Of a stretch of DNA of 64,000 nt, positions 39,201 through 54,200 are shown piece after piece. The stretch covers positions 758,447 through 822,446 of the forward strand of contig JAQGDQ010000013.1 of assembly GCA_030141605.1 (NCBI GenBank). Direction: 5' to 3'. The stretch is from Tubiluchus corallicola (lineage: Eukaryota > Animalia > Priapulida). The notes beneath the pieces are model-generated. The model searched no databases and was not told the DNA's origin. It was given only the letters and a program-made list of their open reading frames with translations. The position numbers were made by a program, and so were the translations under genes. Position 1 is the first letter of the stretch, and every line of letters begins with the position of its first letter.

Positions 39201-42200
39201 TACATGTTTTATACATCGTTACTGCCACTGCAAGTCCTGTATGCAAAAATGCAGTATGTAAGTGGTATTTAATTTCAAGATGAAGTTCGGTCTAAGTGGA
39301 AGGTTTTCTTGTGCTTTCAGTAGTATCAAAGCCAATCTTCCTTTTTTAACTCAGTAAAGGAGAACCTTTCGTGTCAACTTATCACTATATCAAGCAAAAA
39401 CTAAATTAGTTCTATGAAAATTTATTACAAATTATGACAGAGTTCAATCCATTCTCTCTCCATTCCAATCCACTTTACTTTTACTCTATCCCACACCACC
39501 AACACCCATTTTCTACTCCATTCTTACTTTAACCTGAGATCTCATACCTTACATTAAAGAAACTGGGTCAAATGCAGTCTAAAAGATGTACAATCCATAT
39601 TTTGATACAATGTCAGTTTTTTGTCACAATTTACCTAATTCAAGCCACCCGGCATTTGATCACCAACCTGACCAACCAAATAACTAGCCGTAATAAATTA
39701 CATTAACATGAAGGCACATGTGCTGAACCACACCACTAGCTCACTATTTAAATTATACAATATTTAAATTTAAGTTACGAAATTAACGTACCTGGAAAAC
39801 ACCAGAAAAATGCTGTGTTTTATTGTAATTGTTCGACGTGTACACCGTCATGTATCCGGACTTGGCTTCCAGTACGGAGAATTTACCGATAAATTTCAGT
39901 CCACAGAACGCACCCAGCAGAGTTGATTCTCCGGTACCGGAACCGGAGAGGAGGAACGAAGGGATTCCGTCATAGATGTACACAAAGTTTTCCTCGCAGT
40001 CCATGCGGAGCGCATCGACCGTGAAGGTGATCTTGCTCGATTGACGGCGGTCACTCACTTGCTTAGAGTAGTTTTCAAATGCAGAGATGACCCACAAACA
40101 TTCACTGAAAGTGTTAATGTAAAACTTACTTTACCTATAGAATAGTAATTACACTCATATCTTGCTTTTACAGACATCAGGCAAAATCTGGAAAGTTAAA
40201 AAGTCCGCGTACTACGTACACAGTCAGTTGTTTCGCAAGCAGTCCGCTAGTTGGCGGGCCATCACTTTGTTTACATCATTACATAAGTGCAAACAAGCAG
40301 CGTGTAACAACACGCGTGTAGCCTGTACGTCAGTAGCGGCCCATACTAGATTGTTTTGAGACAATTAAGCGATTAATTCGATTAATTGTCAGTGTAATGC
40401 ATGGTGTCTGCTGTATTAGCTTAGTATCTGGAAATATGGACAATCGGACCGACCTCTCCCCGCTTTTGTCTGGCAAACCGAGATATTAGCGTATTGAAAA
40501 ACCGAGAAATAGAAAATATATTTTTACAGATGTACTTGTGTGTGTGTGTGTGCGTGCGTGCGTGAGTGTGGTGTGCATGCATTTGTGTGTGTGTGTGCGT
40601 GTACTTATATATATAAAAGTACAAAAAAATTTACAAACGTGTGTGTGTGTGTGCTTACATATATATACAAAAAGTACAAAAAAATTTACAAACCCTTTGA
40701 ATAGTTCCAATCCTCTGCCTTCAAAGTTACCCAAACCCGATGATGCTAAACCAGTAATAAACTGTCTCCCTTCACATTCAATGTAACATTTACCACCATA
40801 TCTGCAAACAAGAGTAGAATTTGAATTAGTAACAGCAACTTAAAAAAAACTGATCATACAGTTACACCTCGTTATACCGCCAAACTCGTTTACCGCCTGC
40901 AAAACGGCCAGGAACAAAATGGCTGTACTAAATTGTACACAAAAATAACCCGTTATGCTACCACACGTTACCCGCCATCGGCCAGGCAAATTAATATATA
41001 TGTACTAAGGGGAAATACGAACAGCCACGTCAGTGACCTTGATATTATGCCAGCTGTATGAGGCTGAAGATGCTTCACTAGGTCACAGACACTGATCAGA
41101 CATCACTTGTTATGTAAAATAATGCAAGTTATCATGCTTTGATTGTTTTCAAACTGTACTGTACATTGTACATTCACAATAGTAAAGGATTGATAGCTCT
41201 GATATTATTGTCGATGCACCACAAAGTCATAACAGCAACTGACAAGAAAACACGTGGTTCTTTTTTTACCACAAGAAATGTGATATTTACTTGTTTTCTA
41301 AGAATCATCCAAGCAAATCAGCAAAATATGCCAAAACGATGCACATTCTGTGGCATTTATGTTTAATTTATAAGTTTAATATCTATGACCTGGACCAAAG
41401 TGGCGTAAACAAAATGATTCCTGCTGAGATATTACTGAGGCAACACCATCACTGCTCACAACTATCACTGATTTATGAGCTAGAAACTCATGAAGCAGCT
41501 AGCTGTTAATGACATTTAAAACTGAACCACTTACATATGGTTATTATAACGTAATGAAGTTCTTTCAGGATTTATTTGAGCTGCAAATTTACTATTAGTT
41601 TTTAACAAATGATTTCAAAAGCTACTAATATCGAGCCTATAAGCTAGTATAATCCAACTTGTCTTTATAAATTTTACCTAGATATGTTACTACACTTTGC
41701 ACACCATTATATAAAAATGTCAGCTTTAACTCTTTCATTTCGGAAGGTGGCATATGCCGCCTATGTTTTTCATGCAAGGGACCGAAGGTGGTAGACTGCC
41801 ACTGAAGCTCAGTCCTAAGCACAGTCGCCCAGGTCTGTTTATTTCACTGCTACGGCCATGCAAAACACTATAGAAAAATTTGACAGCCATGGGATTGGGG
41901 TTGCTTCGCAACAAGTAGCGCTAAGCAGCCAATCAATGTCTGAAGCCAGGTGCATTCCACAATACTGTCCTATAAGGTAAATTCCCATGCAAAATCAATT
42001 GTACATCATTAATGAAACATGTTTAGTTGACTGTTCTGCACTTTTATAAAATGATTGCATATTATGAATTAGTATTGTGCCTTTTGTGACAACTGGTTTC
42101 TAAATATGAGGGTGTTATGTGCATGTGTGTGAGTGCATGTATTAATGTGCATGTGTAGGAATAAAACTAATATTTAACGTTAGTACTCAATAACGAACAA

Positions 42201-45200
42201 CTATTCGTTTATTTACAATAATCTGTTTTAGTAATGCACCACAAGAAGTTATTGTCAAATGTTCAAAAGTCAATGTGGCCTAGTTAAAAAGCAACAACGT
42301 AGTGAAAGGGTTTAAGTCACAAAAAAGCATCTACTACAAAAGTACAGTAGCAATCATACTTAAACTTCGATGCCAAACACTTTAATCTACATAATATAAA
42401 AGTACATTAGCATAGAAAAGCAGAACGTAGCACTGTAGTTCACTAGTAAGGGACTAAAAGCTTACCGTGGCTCGCCAAAATACCCATCAATGCAACGTTC
42501 ACAATTATGCCCTGCAGTGATGTCAACGCAATAACAAGCTCCAGTATCCATATTGCAGTAACCCATACTCTCGTCGCCGTGACCGTTGCACTGACATGCT
42601 CGGCAACCCTGGGGTTCCGTAGCGTTCCCGAAACTACCTCTTCGACAAAACTCGCAGTGCTCACCTAAACGAACAAGTTCAACTGTGCTATAATCGAAGA
42701 AAATGTAACTTTTGAAAGTTGAAAGCCTTTCAAAGTTTGAAAGTTTCTCTGCTAGTATTTGTCATTGAATCACAGCTGACATAAATATGAAAAAATGAAA
42801 AAAAAACTGGTCACATTCTAGAAAAATTATCAATAAGTTTATTACTACTGTATAAATTATGACACCGAAATTTAATAGTTTTTAGATTTTAATCTTAATG
42901 TAAATTAGTGTAATTTCAATGTACCATAATTTAATAGTAATTTGCACTTCAATGTCATTTAATGGGTTGTAATTTAACCTTCGGATTATAAGATTCTAAT
43001 AAACTTATTTACCAACACAAGCAAAGAAGGTGCACGTACCTTCCGTCCAGGTGTGGTCCTCACATTTATCACACACACCAACAGATGTCTCACAGGTGCT
43101 GTGATTGTGACAACCGCAGTCGATTGTACAACTGCTGCCCGTCCAACCCAAATCACACTTACATTCGTACAGCGGTGCTTCTGAACAAGTGCCGTGCACA
43201 CATTCCTCGTAACAACTACAAAAATTAGACAACGATTAGACAACGACAAAAGCTTCTTGTGTGCCTCTGTCATAATGAAATGAGGTACTGTATATATTAC
43301 AGACATACATTCAAGTAATGAACATTAAATGGACAAACAGTGAATTTTCTACAGTTGGGCATTGAACTTGATTTTCAATATTATAACATGCCATGCAATG
43401 TAGTATGAACTGCCATATTACTATATACAGTGGGCACCATTTATTAGACTCACGATTAATAGAATCAGTCTATTACATTGCTGTCTAAAGTCTATTACAG
43501 TCTAAAAAAGTGCTGAAAACACTGCAAAAGCAGATAAACAAGTCTTACGTTTTATTGCATGCAAGTTTTCCATCTCCGGTGAAACCGCGGTTACATTGAC
43601 AGACGTACGAGTCTTTGGTATTGATGCATGTGGCGTTGTTGTGACAATCGTGCAAGCCCAGTTCACATTCCCTCACATCCGGACAAATATCGTACGACCA
43701 CTGTGCCGGAGCGGTTGCGGATAGATTGTAATGCTGATTGACCGTGTTCGGACAATGTAAATTGTTATACGGTCCCGCAAAATCACCCCCAACACACAAA
43801 CCTGAAAAAGAGAAAGACGAATTGTTACAGTCCTTTTAACACAAACTCACGTAGAAAGGGAAGAAACAGCAAACAATGTTTTTAGTACAAATGACTGATC
43901 AAATGAAATGTAAACAGCCATTGCAACACTACACTTATCAAATTCCTGAATTTTGTCACATTCAAAGTTTTCTTTTTGTATTTTTTCTCCATGCATTTCA
44001 ACAAAAATTCAAATGATTCGTTCTTGTACCAGTTGCATCAAAATAGGTAATGTAGAGCCCCAGTTCCTGACTTTTGGACTCCACGAACCCCTAATTTTTT
44101 ACGCTAGCTCCTGGTACCTCTTCGCCTGCCATTAGCAAAATGAAGAACCAACACTGATGTAATGTTGTGAATGTTTTTATTATACATATTATACGTATCA
44201 CTCCAATCAAGCGCACTAAATGAGAGTTCAATGAGATGGCTGCTGTTGCATAGCAGAAACTAACTTTCTGAATCGCGGTTCAGTTTTCGACTCTCATGTC
44301 TCCGCGGATGTCAAGGGGGTTTCGGGCTTTAGTCGTGACTGTCAGCATCGCTGAAAAGCCTGCTTCACACAGGAAAAGGTTCACTGAAAGCTTTACAGTG
44401 GACAGGGGTCAAGACTTCGACCAAAAATCATGAACTGTTGGCACAGTCGAAAGAGATGTCTGAATATTATACAACATTACTTTTTTAAAATTGTCTAAGA
44501 GGCTTCTCCGGTACACTTTGTGGTGTTCGCTGGTACCCCCAAGTGGTACTAGTACCCCAAGTTGGGAACCAAAGCTCTAGAGGTGTTGATGTGTTGATGT
44601 GGTGCAGTTTTTGCACTGAAAAGCAGGCGAAAATGAAGAAAAATTTTGTTAGATTTTGTAGCCAGTTTCGCAATCAGTTCACTTATTACTACAATAAACT
44701 GTTCTAGGAGACACTGAGCCATAAAGGAAGGCATAGAAGCTAAATCAATGCGCAAACTGAAAACCAAGCCATTAAAAACAAAGAAAACAAGTACCTAGCG
44801 TAGGATTGTCCACATTTCCGCACCAACCGCACTGGAAATTGCTCAGACAATCCTTGCAATGTGTATGAGCGGAACAGTCCTTGCAAAGTGTCAAATTGTC
44901 TTCCCATTCTCTGTACAACAAAGTGCATAGTGAAGCATTAACATGTGGATAGTGCAGTTGCCGTAGTAACAAAGGGTTGCCATTTTGTATGACGCCGATT
45001 ATCATATTGGAGGCTGAAAGTTATCGTATTTGTGCATATTTGCTCAAATATTTATTACTGTTATTATTGTATAATTATGCGCTTAATAAATAACTATAAC
45101 ACCAAAAAGTGACACTAATAAGCATAAAATTAAATTTAACAAAACACAGTAAAATGTCACTAATTTCCTCATCTGCAGAATCAAGTCTTATCATCATAAT

Positions 45201-48200
45201 AACAAGCAACCTTTTTTGAAATTGCTGCTTTTCTCAGAAAATTCTGACCACTAACTGCGACCAGGATGCTTCAGACTACAATGAAATCAAAGTTCATTCA
45301 CTTAACAATGGACAACAGGACAACAGTAGCATCACAATGGACAACAGTAGCGTCACAATGGACAACTGTAGTTTTTTAATGCACAATTTTTTCAAACATT
45401 TGCTTTTGTTTCCTATGTAAATTATTATAAATTATTGATTATCGTATAGTCTCTTTTTTCTATAGTATGACAACTCAAATTATCATGATATGGTATCTTC
45501 TGATATTATATACATTCATATTTCACAAAAGTGGGGAAAGGTCAGTCCAAATTTGCTGTTTATTCATATTTACCAATACTAAGCTAATACAGTAGGTGCC
45601 ATGCATTAGGCTCATGGTAATGTAGAATCAATTGCCTAATTGTCTCAAAAACGTCTAGTATGGGCCGCTCCCATGCAAAAGTATATAAAGACTGTCGGCA
45701 ATTGACTCAAATAACTCCGCATAATTTCTGCACATGCTTAAATAAAATAAGATACTTTGTGTATCTAATGTCATCTTACTTCGCTTTTGTGTACTATAAT
45801 ATACGCGGTTTTGCTTGACACTACACACATGCCGTTACACGTTGCTTGGTTACACTAATGTAATGATGTAAACAAAGTGACGGCCCACCAACTAGCAGTC
45901 AGCTCGCGAAACAACGGACTGTGTCAGTAGTATGTGGGACTTTTTAACGGTCCAGATTTTGTCCAATTCTTCCGATATCCGTAAAAGCGAAGTCCGGCAA
46001 ACCAAGATATGAGTGTATAAAGATTGCACTAGCTATATTGCGATGACAAAAGTAGACATTACCTGCATCTTCCCAGTCCATAAGTGGTCAAATATGTATA
46101 AAAAGGGAAGCAGGTTTTGGTTGTCTCACACCAGGTGCACTCATTGTGTATGCAAGTTGAACATGACTGGTAGTTCTCACATGGTTGTGAGCATTGTGCG
46201 ATGTCGGTAATTGATACATTGAATCGACCTCGTCGCACACAGCTCAGGTTCGTAACGTTTGTTTCGATTAACCACTCACACGATGGATCCTAAAATTAAA
46301 CGAAGACTAACCATGAACGTTTTAGCAGCAAATCCAAAGTCCAGACAGTTTAGTCTAGTGGTAATACGTCTGATTTCCGTCTGAGAGGTCGTGAGTTCGA
46401 TACAGCAGTCCGGTCATACCAAAGACTTTAAAATGGTACATGCTGTAGCATTGTCTGGTGTGTGGTATTTAGGGTAAAAGTGGGGTAATAATATTACGTA
46501 CATGAAGATTATTATTTACAATCGGCCCAAAACCTATTGGGACCTTATGTTAATGGTTCGTCCAAAAAGCCAAACTTTAAATAAAGATTATTAGTATTAC
46601 ATTATCGATAACTTGACATTGCTGTTAACAAATAACAACACATTAACAAATAATTAATGCTAATGAAGTTTATTAATTAAGCATATTGATTAAGTTTTAA
46701 AATTGTGTTTTTCTGCATTTTATGTGTCACAAATTGTTATTAATTAAATTTTAACACTTAAACAAGTTTACTGGCTGAAATTTTTACAAACTCACATTTG
46801 TTTCATGTCTGTTTTATTTTAAGAAATGTTTTACAGTTTGTCTAATTTAGAACTTGTGTGTAATTTTGTTTAATTTTTGTTTTTATTAGGATTAATTTTG
46901 CAAAGAACTATAACTCGCTTAGTATAGTACTTTTTATCTAAAGTTTGCTTTCATCCTGTATCTAATTTATAAAGTATTTTATGATTCATCTGTTTTTGTA
47001 CTTTAGACGTTTTTTAGTTTTGTTTAATTTCAAGATATTCTGTTCTATTTTACATTTTAATTAATGCTAACATGTCAAGGATCATTATAAAAATATTGTA
47101 TGATCCGTACAAATATAAAATTCTACTCTATTTTATTTTATTTCAGCACCTAGTACTAAATCGAAGAAATTCGTCATAAGATAGATCAGCAAACGGGTTT
47201 TCTACAAACCAGTTAGGCAATCTACTACTACTGTTTAGTTGACTATAGCTGATTGCGTATCTAATAATTTATCGTACTAATAAATACAGTTTAAAGCAAA
47301 CTGATGATATTGTACCAAATAAATTGTAAGAACTTAGTAAATCAGCCGCAATTGGGAGAAAAAAATGTGTCCGGCTTGCTAACTTACAACAACCTTAATC
47401 ACAAATTGTCAAAGTTCATGTATCGTCAACTAACCATTCTTATCATTTATTATTTACGTTTATTATTTACCAACCATTAAAAAAAGATTAATCAAGTAAA
47501 CAGTAACGTATCACTATTTGCTGCTGGGTATTATTGTTTGTTTGTTTATTGTCATCATAGTTTTGCTAAATATTTTATATATTACGCAAAAAACTGTTTA
47601 AACATCAAGTAAGCAAAAATTATGATCAGAAATAATTATGCAAAAACATTACCTGCACACAATCAACACAATTTACGAAATCCGAACAATCTGGGCAGCT
47701 TTCCCCAGAAAATACCAGGTGGCTCTCTTCACCGTCAACTAAGCACACTGCATGACCATCCCGCTGAATGCATGACCGAGTACCCGGGCACCACCCACAC
47801 ACACTATCGCTTATGCATAACATGCAGTTACTGTAGTCATCGCACGAGCCATGCATGTACGGTTGCAAATTTCCCAAACCAAGATCCTGAAACGGACAAA
47901 AACTATGACGTTAGTTTTGAAGGACTAAACTCAATCTAATTAAGTTCTGAAGCAGCACCCCCAGTAATTTTAGTTACAAGCCACCACCACTGTTCCTAGA
48001 TTTAAAAAGTACCGTTTTACAAAAATATAATTTAGTTTTAATAAACAGTAAGAAAGGTTAATTCAGCTATCATAACAGCACAAAATGTTCACATATTTTT
48101 GAAAAGCTCCAAGATAGAGCAAAACAACACAACATTAGCATAGCACTCATTTTTAAAACAAATTTTGTGACGCCCCTTAATGCTTACAAAAACTTCCGTA

Positions 48201-51200
48201 AAAAATTGACAACACAAAGAAAAGCATTTAGAACATATGATTCACGTAGGAATGTTCTTCTTAAACTAACTTTACTGCAAAAGATCATTAAATCAATGTT
48301 TGAACACTCACACTGCGTAAAATGCCAGGACCTGTTCCACCATTCCACTGTATGTTGACAGGTGATGCTGGAGTGTAATTCTGTTTAATGGTCTGCGTTG
48401 CCGTCAGTTGAACAAAGTATTTACTATTCGTCAGTGTGCTAGGAAATATTTGTGCGCCGTTAGAGTGCTCCGCACGTTCACGTTTTCTTGGTCCATCTGG
48501 AGCATTGACTACGGCAACAGTTTCCTGAATAAAAAATTTAACATAAGACAAATAAGTTTATGCAAGTTTTTAAAAGACAAGAAAAGGGGTACCCGAAGTA
48601 GGTTTCAGAAAAATGGCCTTGAAAAATGATATTACTTTCTAGCAATTTTATGCGTCAATCGTACTCGTGTTGAGAGGATTTTTTGTTTGTTTTCATTTTA
48701 AATTTTGCGCAATACTATTCCAACCGCGGCGTTACGTGATGTCATATATGCACAACATAAATTAGGGGAAGAAAAGGAAATGTTATCTCTTGGCCAAAGA
48801 ACTCTCCATGCAAAGTTATTTTACTTTGCATTTCGCTTACCTGCTGCAAAAGCTTAAGTAACTGGAGAAGAAAATTATTATTTATTTAAAATGTTTTCAC
48901 CAATTGGTAAAATGTCGTTTACTCACCTCCAGTGTGCGCCACTCACTAACCAAAAAACGCATTTTTAATCTTTTGACAACATACAGTAACTTAATATTTT
49001 ACTTAGTTAGTTAAGAGTGCTTTGATTATTTTTTCAAACTTTACACAATGTTATCTAAACTTATTTCAAATGATTTACCGTCAAAATGGCTGCATCTATC
49101 TGTCATCATGGGAGTTTAAATTTACAAGTTTTATATGGTGTTACTGCTGACACAAACTATGTGTGCAATAAAGCAGTATATATTTCAACATTTGAAGACA
49201 AATCTTTTAAGCTTTATGTAAGTGGAAGGTTTTCTTTTTTCTTGCACTTTAAGTTACATGCAAGGAAGGCACAAGAAAGCTGTAAAAACTATTTTCTGAT
49301 GTCCGAAAAGATCCTGACAAACTAAACTATTTATTTCCCTCCACAGACAAAATTGCACAGTATTAGAAAAACCAACAAGTTTCAATTACCTTAATCAAAA
49401 TGCCCTATATCAGAAAAGGTTTTTTCCTGTTGCTTATTTAACTGTCAACGACTTTTGCTTATTACTTAGCTACTAATTGTATATTTACCTAAACTGTATT
49501 GAGATCGTTGCTCAAATCCTGTTTATTAAACTTAAAACTGCATGTTTCACTAATTTTTTTATCACTCTTGTTTTAACTCTTATACTAGTCTAGCTGTAAT
49601 TTTATTGAATAAACTATCATGTTCTAAGTTTCAAATTGTAAAAATAAAGTACTTTCTTTTCATTAGTACAGTAAATCTTCACTCAATGACGCTAATAGGT
49701 TCCAAGAAAACACAACGTAGTCGACTAATCGTTAAATGTTGTGGCTTAGACGGGCAATAACTCTTCCGTGTCAGAAACAGGCTCTGCATTAAGCAAAGAC
49801 TTAATAAACTACTGTTGATACAATCATACGGGTCAGTTCACACTAGGCATGGAAAGTCACTCGCACTAAACAGGGATCAGAATGACAAATTGCAAAAAAC
49901 TCTGGAACAGGCCGGGGGTTTGGGGACCATGTAGGCCCTCAGGCTGGTTCAAGAGGGGCGAAACCCCCTTGGAGCCAGCAACAAATTGCAATTTTGTGAC
50001 CATAGAGAGCCTCTAAGTGGACTTAAAATATCAGTTACCTTGTTTCGTGCATAATTTAAAACACACAACTATCAAGGATACATGATACCTAATTGTCTCA
50101 AAAGTACTGGCCGCTCCTATGCAAAAGTATATAAAAACTGTCTGCAATTGACTCAAATAACTCCGCACTATTGATTCTATATTTTTATACGTAAAGATAT
50201 ATTCGTGGTTACACTGATGGACGGAATGTAAACAAAGCGACGGCCTGCCAACTAGTAGATTACATACCTGGTTGTAGGGAAAACTGTCGTTACTCATGTT
50301 AAGAACGGCTCTGACATTCGCGCCGCTCAAATAGATCTGCAAGAACTCGCCTTCTGATGGTTTGGCATCTGCAGAAAAAAACGATATAGAAAAATAGAGG
50401 CAAGACATACATAAGCTAGTAAAATGCATTCGAGCAGATACCACATTTGTAAACAGGATTAGAAAATGATGTTGAAATTGTAAAAAACGTAATATATGGT
50501 GTCAATAATACAAGTATCAAATAAAGTAGCATCATTATCATTTTCACAAGTACCAAAACTGGTCTTTGTTTGCGAAGAAACATAAACATAAACACAAAAC
50601 CCAAACACACAGAAAGGTAACTGTTACATACAACTGCAAGTAGTGCCATTACTCGTCCCTAGATGGCAGACAAAAAAATTGCTCGGTCACCATAGCAATG
50701 CCAACTTTGGCAATACCCATTCCCGCAGTGTGATGTTAGAAGCTACAGTAAAACAATGAACATAGCAGCTGCGTGTCACAATCACCATGGCAACCTATCA
50801 TTCCAGATAAGCTGTGGCTTGCTGCTGCTTGAAATTCTACATAATTTTTTACAAACAGCCTAGCACAAAAAAAGTTTATGTCCTAAATTTGCATAACTAA
50901 CATGTTCCAGTTGGATATTTCATTAGCTATTTGAAGATGCTGGCTGTTTTTGTTTAAGAAGGCAAATAATTTAACTACGCGAGAAAAATCCGCTAATACC
51001 CCATGAAAAACGCTTCATTTACTGAACAAAACAGCATAAAACACTTAATGAATTTACCAAAAATGCACAAAATTCAAAAATGATTTCGACACAAAAATGT
51101 GATCGTTACAAAGGTTAAGAACCCCTCCTAACAGATCCGATGGCTGTTTTTACTTGCAAAACTCATTGTAACAAAATTAAAGAATTTTGAGTAAAAAGTG

Positions 51201-54200
51201 AAATTTCTCAATGACCAGCAACTTACTCAGGCACAACAGTGAAACTTGTAATTGCATTATTTGCAGTTGCATGTAGCTAGCCCTTTCCTGTATCTGTCAA
51301 CACAACAAAATCAAAACAAATCTGCATTACCTAGAGGTTTAGACAAAATGGAGCAGGTACAAATCCACGTGTTTTAGTTCAAAAAATTAAAGGTTGGGGT
51401 TAGGAAGTCAAAAATCTTAAATGACCATTGTAAGTTTAAGTGAAGACGTGGGTCTAGTGAGTACCGCTAGTCAAGAAGACGTCAAGCAAAGGAAAGACGT
51501 GGGTCTAGTGAGTACCGCTAGTCAGGAAGACGTCAAGCAAAGGAAAGACGTGGGTCTAGTGAGTACCGCTAGTCAGGAAGACGTCAAGCAAAGGAAAGAC
51601 GTGGGTCTAGTGAGTACCGCTAGTCAGGAAGACGTCAAGCAAAGGAAAGACGTGGGTCTAGTGAGTACCGCTAGTCAAGAAGACGTCAAGCAAAGGAAAG
51701 ATGTGGGTCTAGTGAGTACGCTAGTCAGGAAGACGTCAAGCAAAGGAAAGACGTGGGTCTAGTGAGTACCGTTAGTCAGGAAGACGTCAAGCAAAGGAAA
51801 GACGTGGGTCTAGCGAGTACCGCTAGTCAGGAAGACGTCAAGCAAAGGAAAGACGTATACTTACTAAGTGGGTGTAAAAATCCCTTCAGTTGAACGGTAA
51901 AGTTTGTTCCTTCTATGCGCTCTCGACGTAAACTGCCCGGAGTTGCATTGAATTGATTATAAGAAACAGTGAGAGAGGTTTTGGGAAAAACAGAAACCTG
52001 GAACAAAATTTAAACTCAATAAGTCTTTTCACAGTTTCGTAGTACGCACGCACAGTTGCTGTAGGTCAAGGGTTAAGTGTATCATAGCGACGCGTCTTAA
52101 CTACAACCGTCATGTGACATGTGAGTAAAACAAAGTAGCCGTCTGCCGCATCAGTTCAGTAACTTCAGTTGTTTTATGTGGACTTTACTTAACAATGCAT
52201 TAGTCTTACTAGCAGGATCTTGCTTAGGTACAAGAAAAAATAACTAACTAAGGTTCTAGCTGCCTCATAAAACATATTAAGACAGTTACTATTTCAATAG
52301 CGTAGACTGTGAGCAGTTGTCAAGTGTACACAAGTGGTGGTACATTTAATCTTTGACCTTTTCACGATCATCATCAATCACTGAAACTATGAAAGGGCTT
52401 ATTCATTCTTTACTAGAATAACAGACACGTATTAAAAGAAATACAAACTAACAGAGCTAAACAATTAATGGAATATATCTGTAAACTGATTAACAGCTAG
52501 TAAATCCACATAGATGTAATATAATATATCATGTACAGTAATATTTAATGAGCGTACTTTGCTAATAGCATCAGAACTGTACTAGCATCAAATGCAATGC
52601 TAAGGTAAGGACAGGGGGCTATCACGACCCGCACAGACTTGGTTTTTTATCATTGACACTACTGCATACTTCAAACAATGTTAACGACTTGCCATGTCTG
52701 GCTGACTGTAATTAGCCGGATGACGAAAGTTGAGGAAGGTGAGTCCTGCCCACTTGTCCTGCACACGGCACTGATTTACAACTCTCAGGGCTGTTATGTT
52801 TCCCCACCAGCCTTCTACTGTCTGACTCTGTACGTAAGAAATACCTGCAACGCAAATGTACAAAATAATATCTTTCGAGAATGCCAACATGACAAATTTC
52901 AAATTTTCTAAATTTCTAATTTCTAAAGCAACTTAGACAAAATTATCGCAGTCAAAGATATTAGACAAGTAAAAAAGCTGTGACATAACAAATTTCACTA
53001 CGTTGCTTTGTGAACACAGTTACGGTCGCAATGGTAAAGGCTGTTCACATGCTTACCATCTTTGTCATAACACGGCAGCTGCTGCGATTGTGCTCTCAGT
53101 GCATTTGCTTTGTACGGAGGCCACCATACACACGGCTGCACCTGTGATACTTCGGGAAACCTCGTCTCTTTGGTTTGAACGCCCCTGCCTTGCACCAAAC
53201 ATGACACACAGTCGGTCAGTAGTTTGCATATACCTGGACACATGGTGGGCTGTACTGTCCCGGGTTCACACTCCTGAATAATAACGAACAATAATATTAG
53301 CAATATAGGTAGTCGTTGACTTACGACCACAAGTACTTCCAGTGAATTGGTTGTAATATGACGTGGACGCAAATGGGACTTGATCAAGTGGCGTGCCCCA
53401 ACACATAAGATGTTGTATATTATGTGTTATTATACAAAATTAATAATATTTATTTAGTTTTATCTATCCGCACACTAAGTATGGCAGTACCTATGGATGA
53501 ATTTTTTGCAACAGATAGCGATGCAAAATTAATTTCCTTAAAAAGGAAGAAATATGAGTTATTTTGTGAGATATTATTAGTTTTGTGAAATAAAATAATT
53601 AAGCTTCGCTGTTGAAAGCTAGCTGAAAGACTCACCTGTACACGCCCTCTATAAATACATGAAGTGACTTCAGTTGTTTTAACTTTGCATTGAACACACT
53701 CCGGATCCTGTTGGCACATGCTGGTAGTGTACTGCTCACAATGTGTAATTGTTACTAAATTAAAATATATAAAAAAAGCTTATTTAATAGTACTTTATTG
53801 TAAAAACAGAGACTGGTAATTACAGTAGATGATAATAACAAGGACTTTGCACATACAGTAGGAGATGCTTAATAGACTCATTTTGGGATGCATGTATTTT
53901 GTCCCAATTAACCGACGCGTGTAGCATATTACTACTATAGAAGTAAGAATCGTGTGACTCATCATCTTAGTATGCATTACTAAGGATTTAAATGAATTTT
54001 AGATACGAATTAATGTGTGTTTAAAAATTCCTATGTGCAGTTATTTATGAACACCTTTTTTGTACAGGTGAATTAACAAAAAAAAATCGCACAAATCTGA
54101 TTATTATCACAGAAAATTACAAACATTCCTGGAAGGTCAATTGCTTCAATTCTTCAAGAAGAAGTTGGTTTATGAAATTCTCATAATGATAAAAACATTG

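Noticed and set aside
51421-51762. 113-aa ORF with 17-aa repeats
   Set aside because: Translation of the 51-bp minisatellite; broken by a 1-bp deletion; no independent coding evidence.
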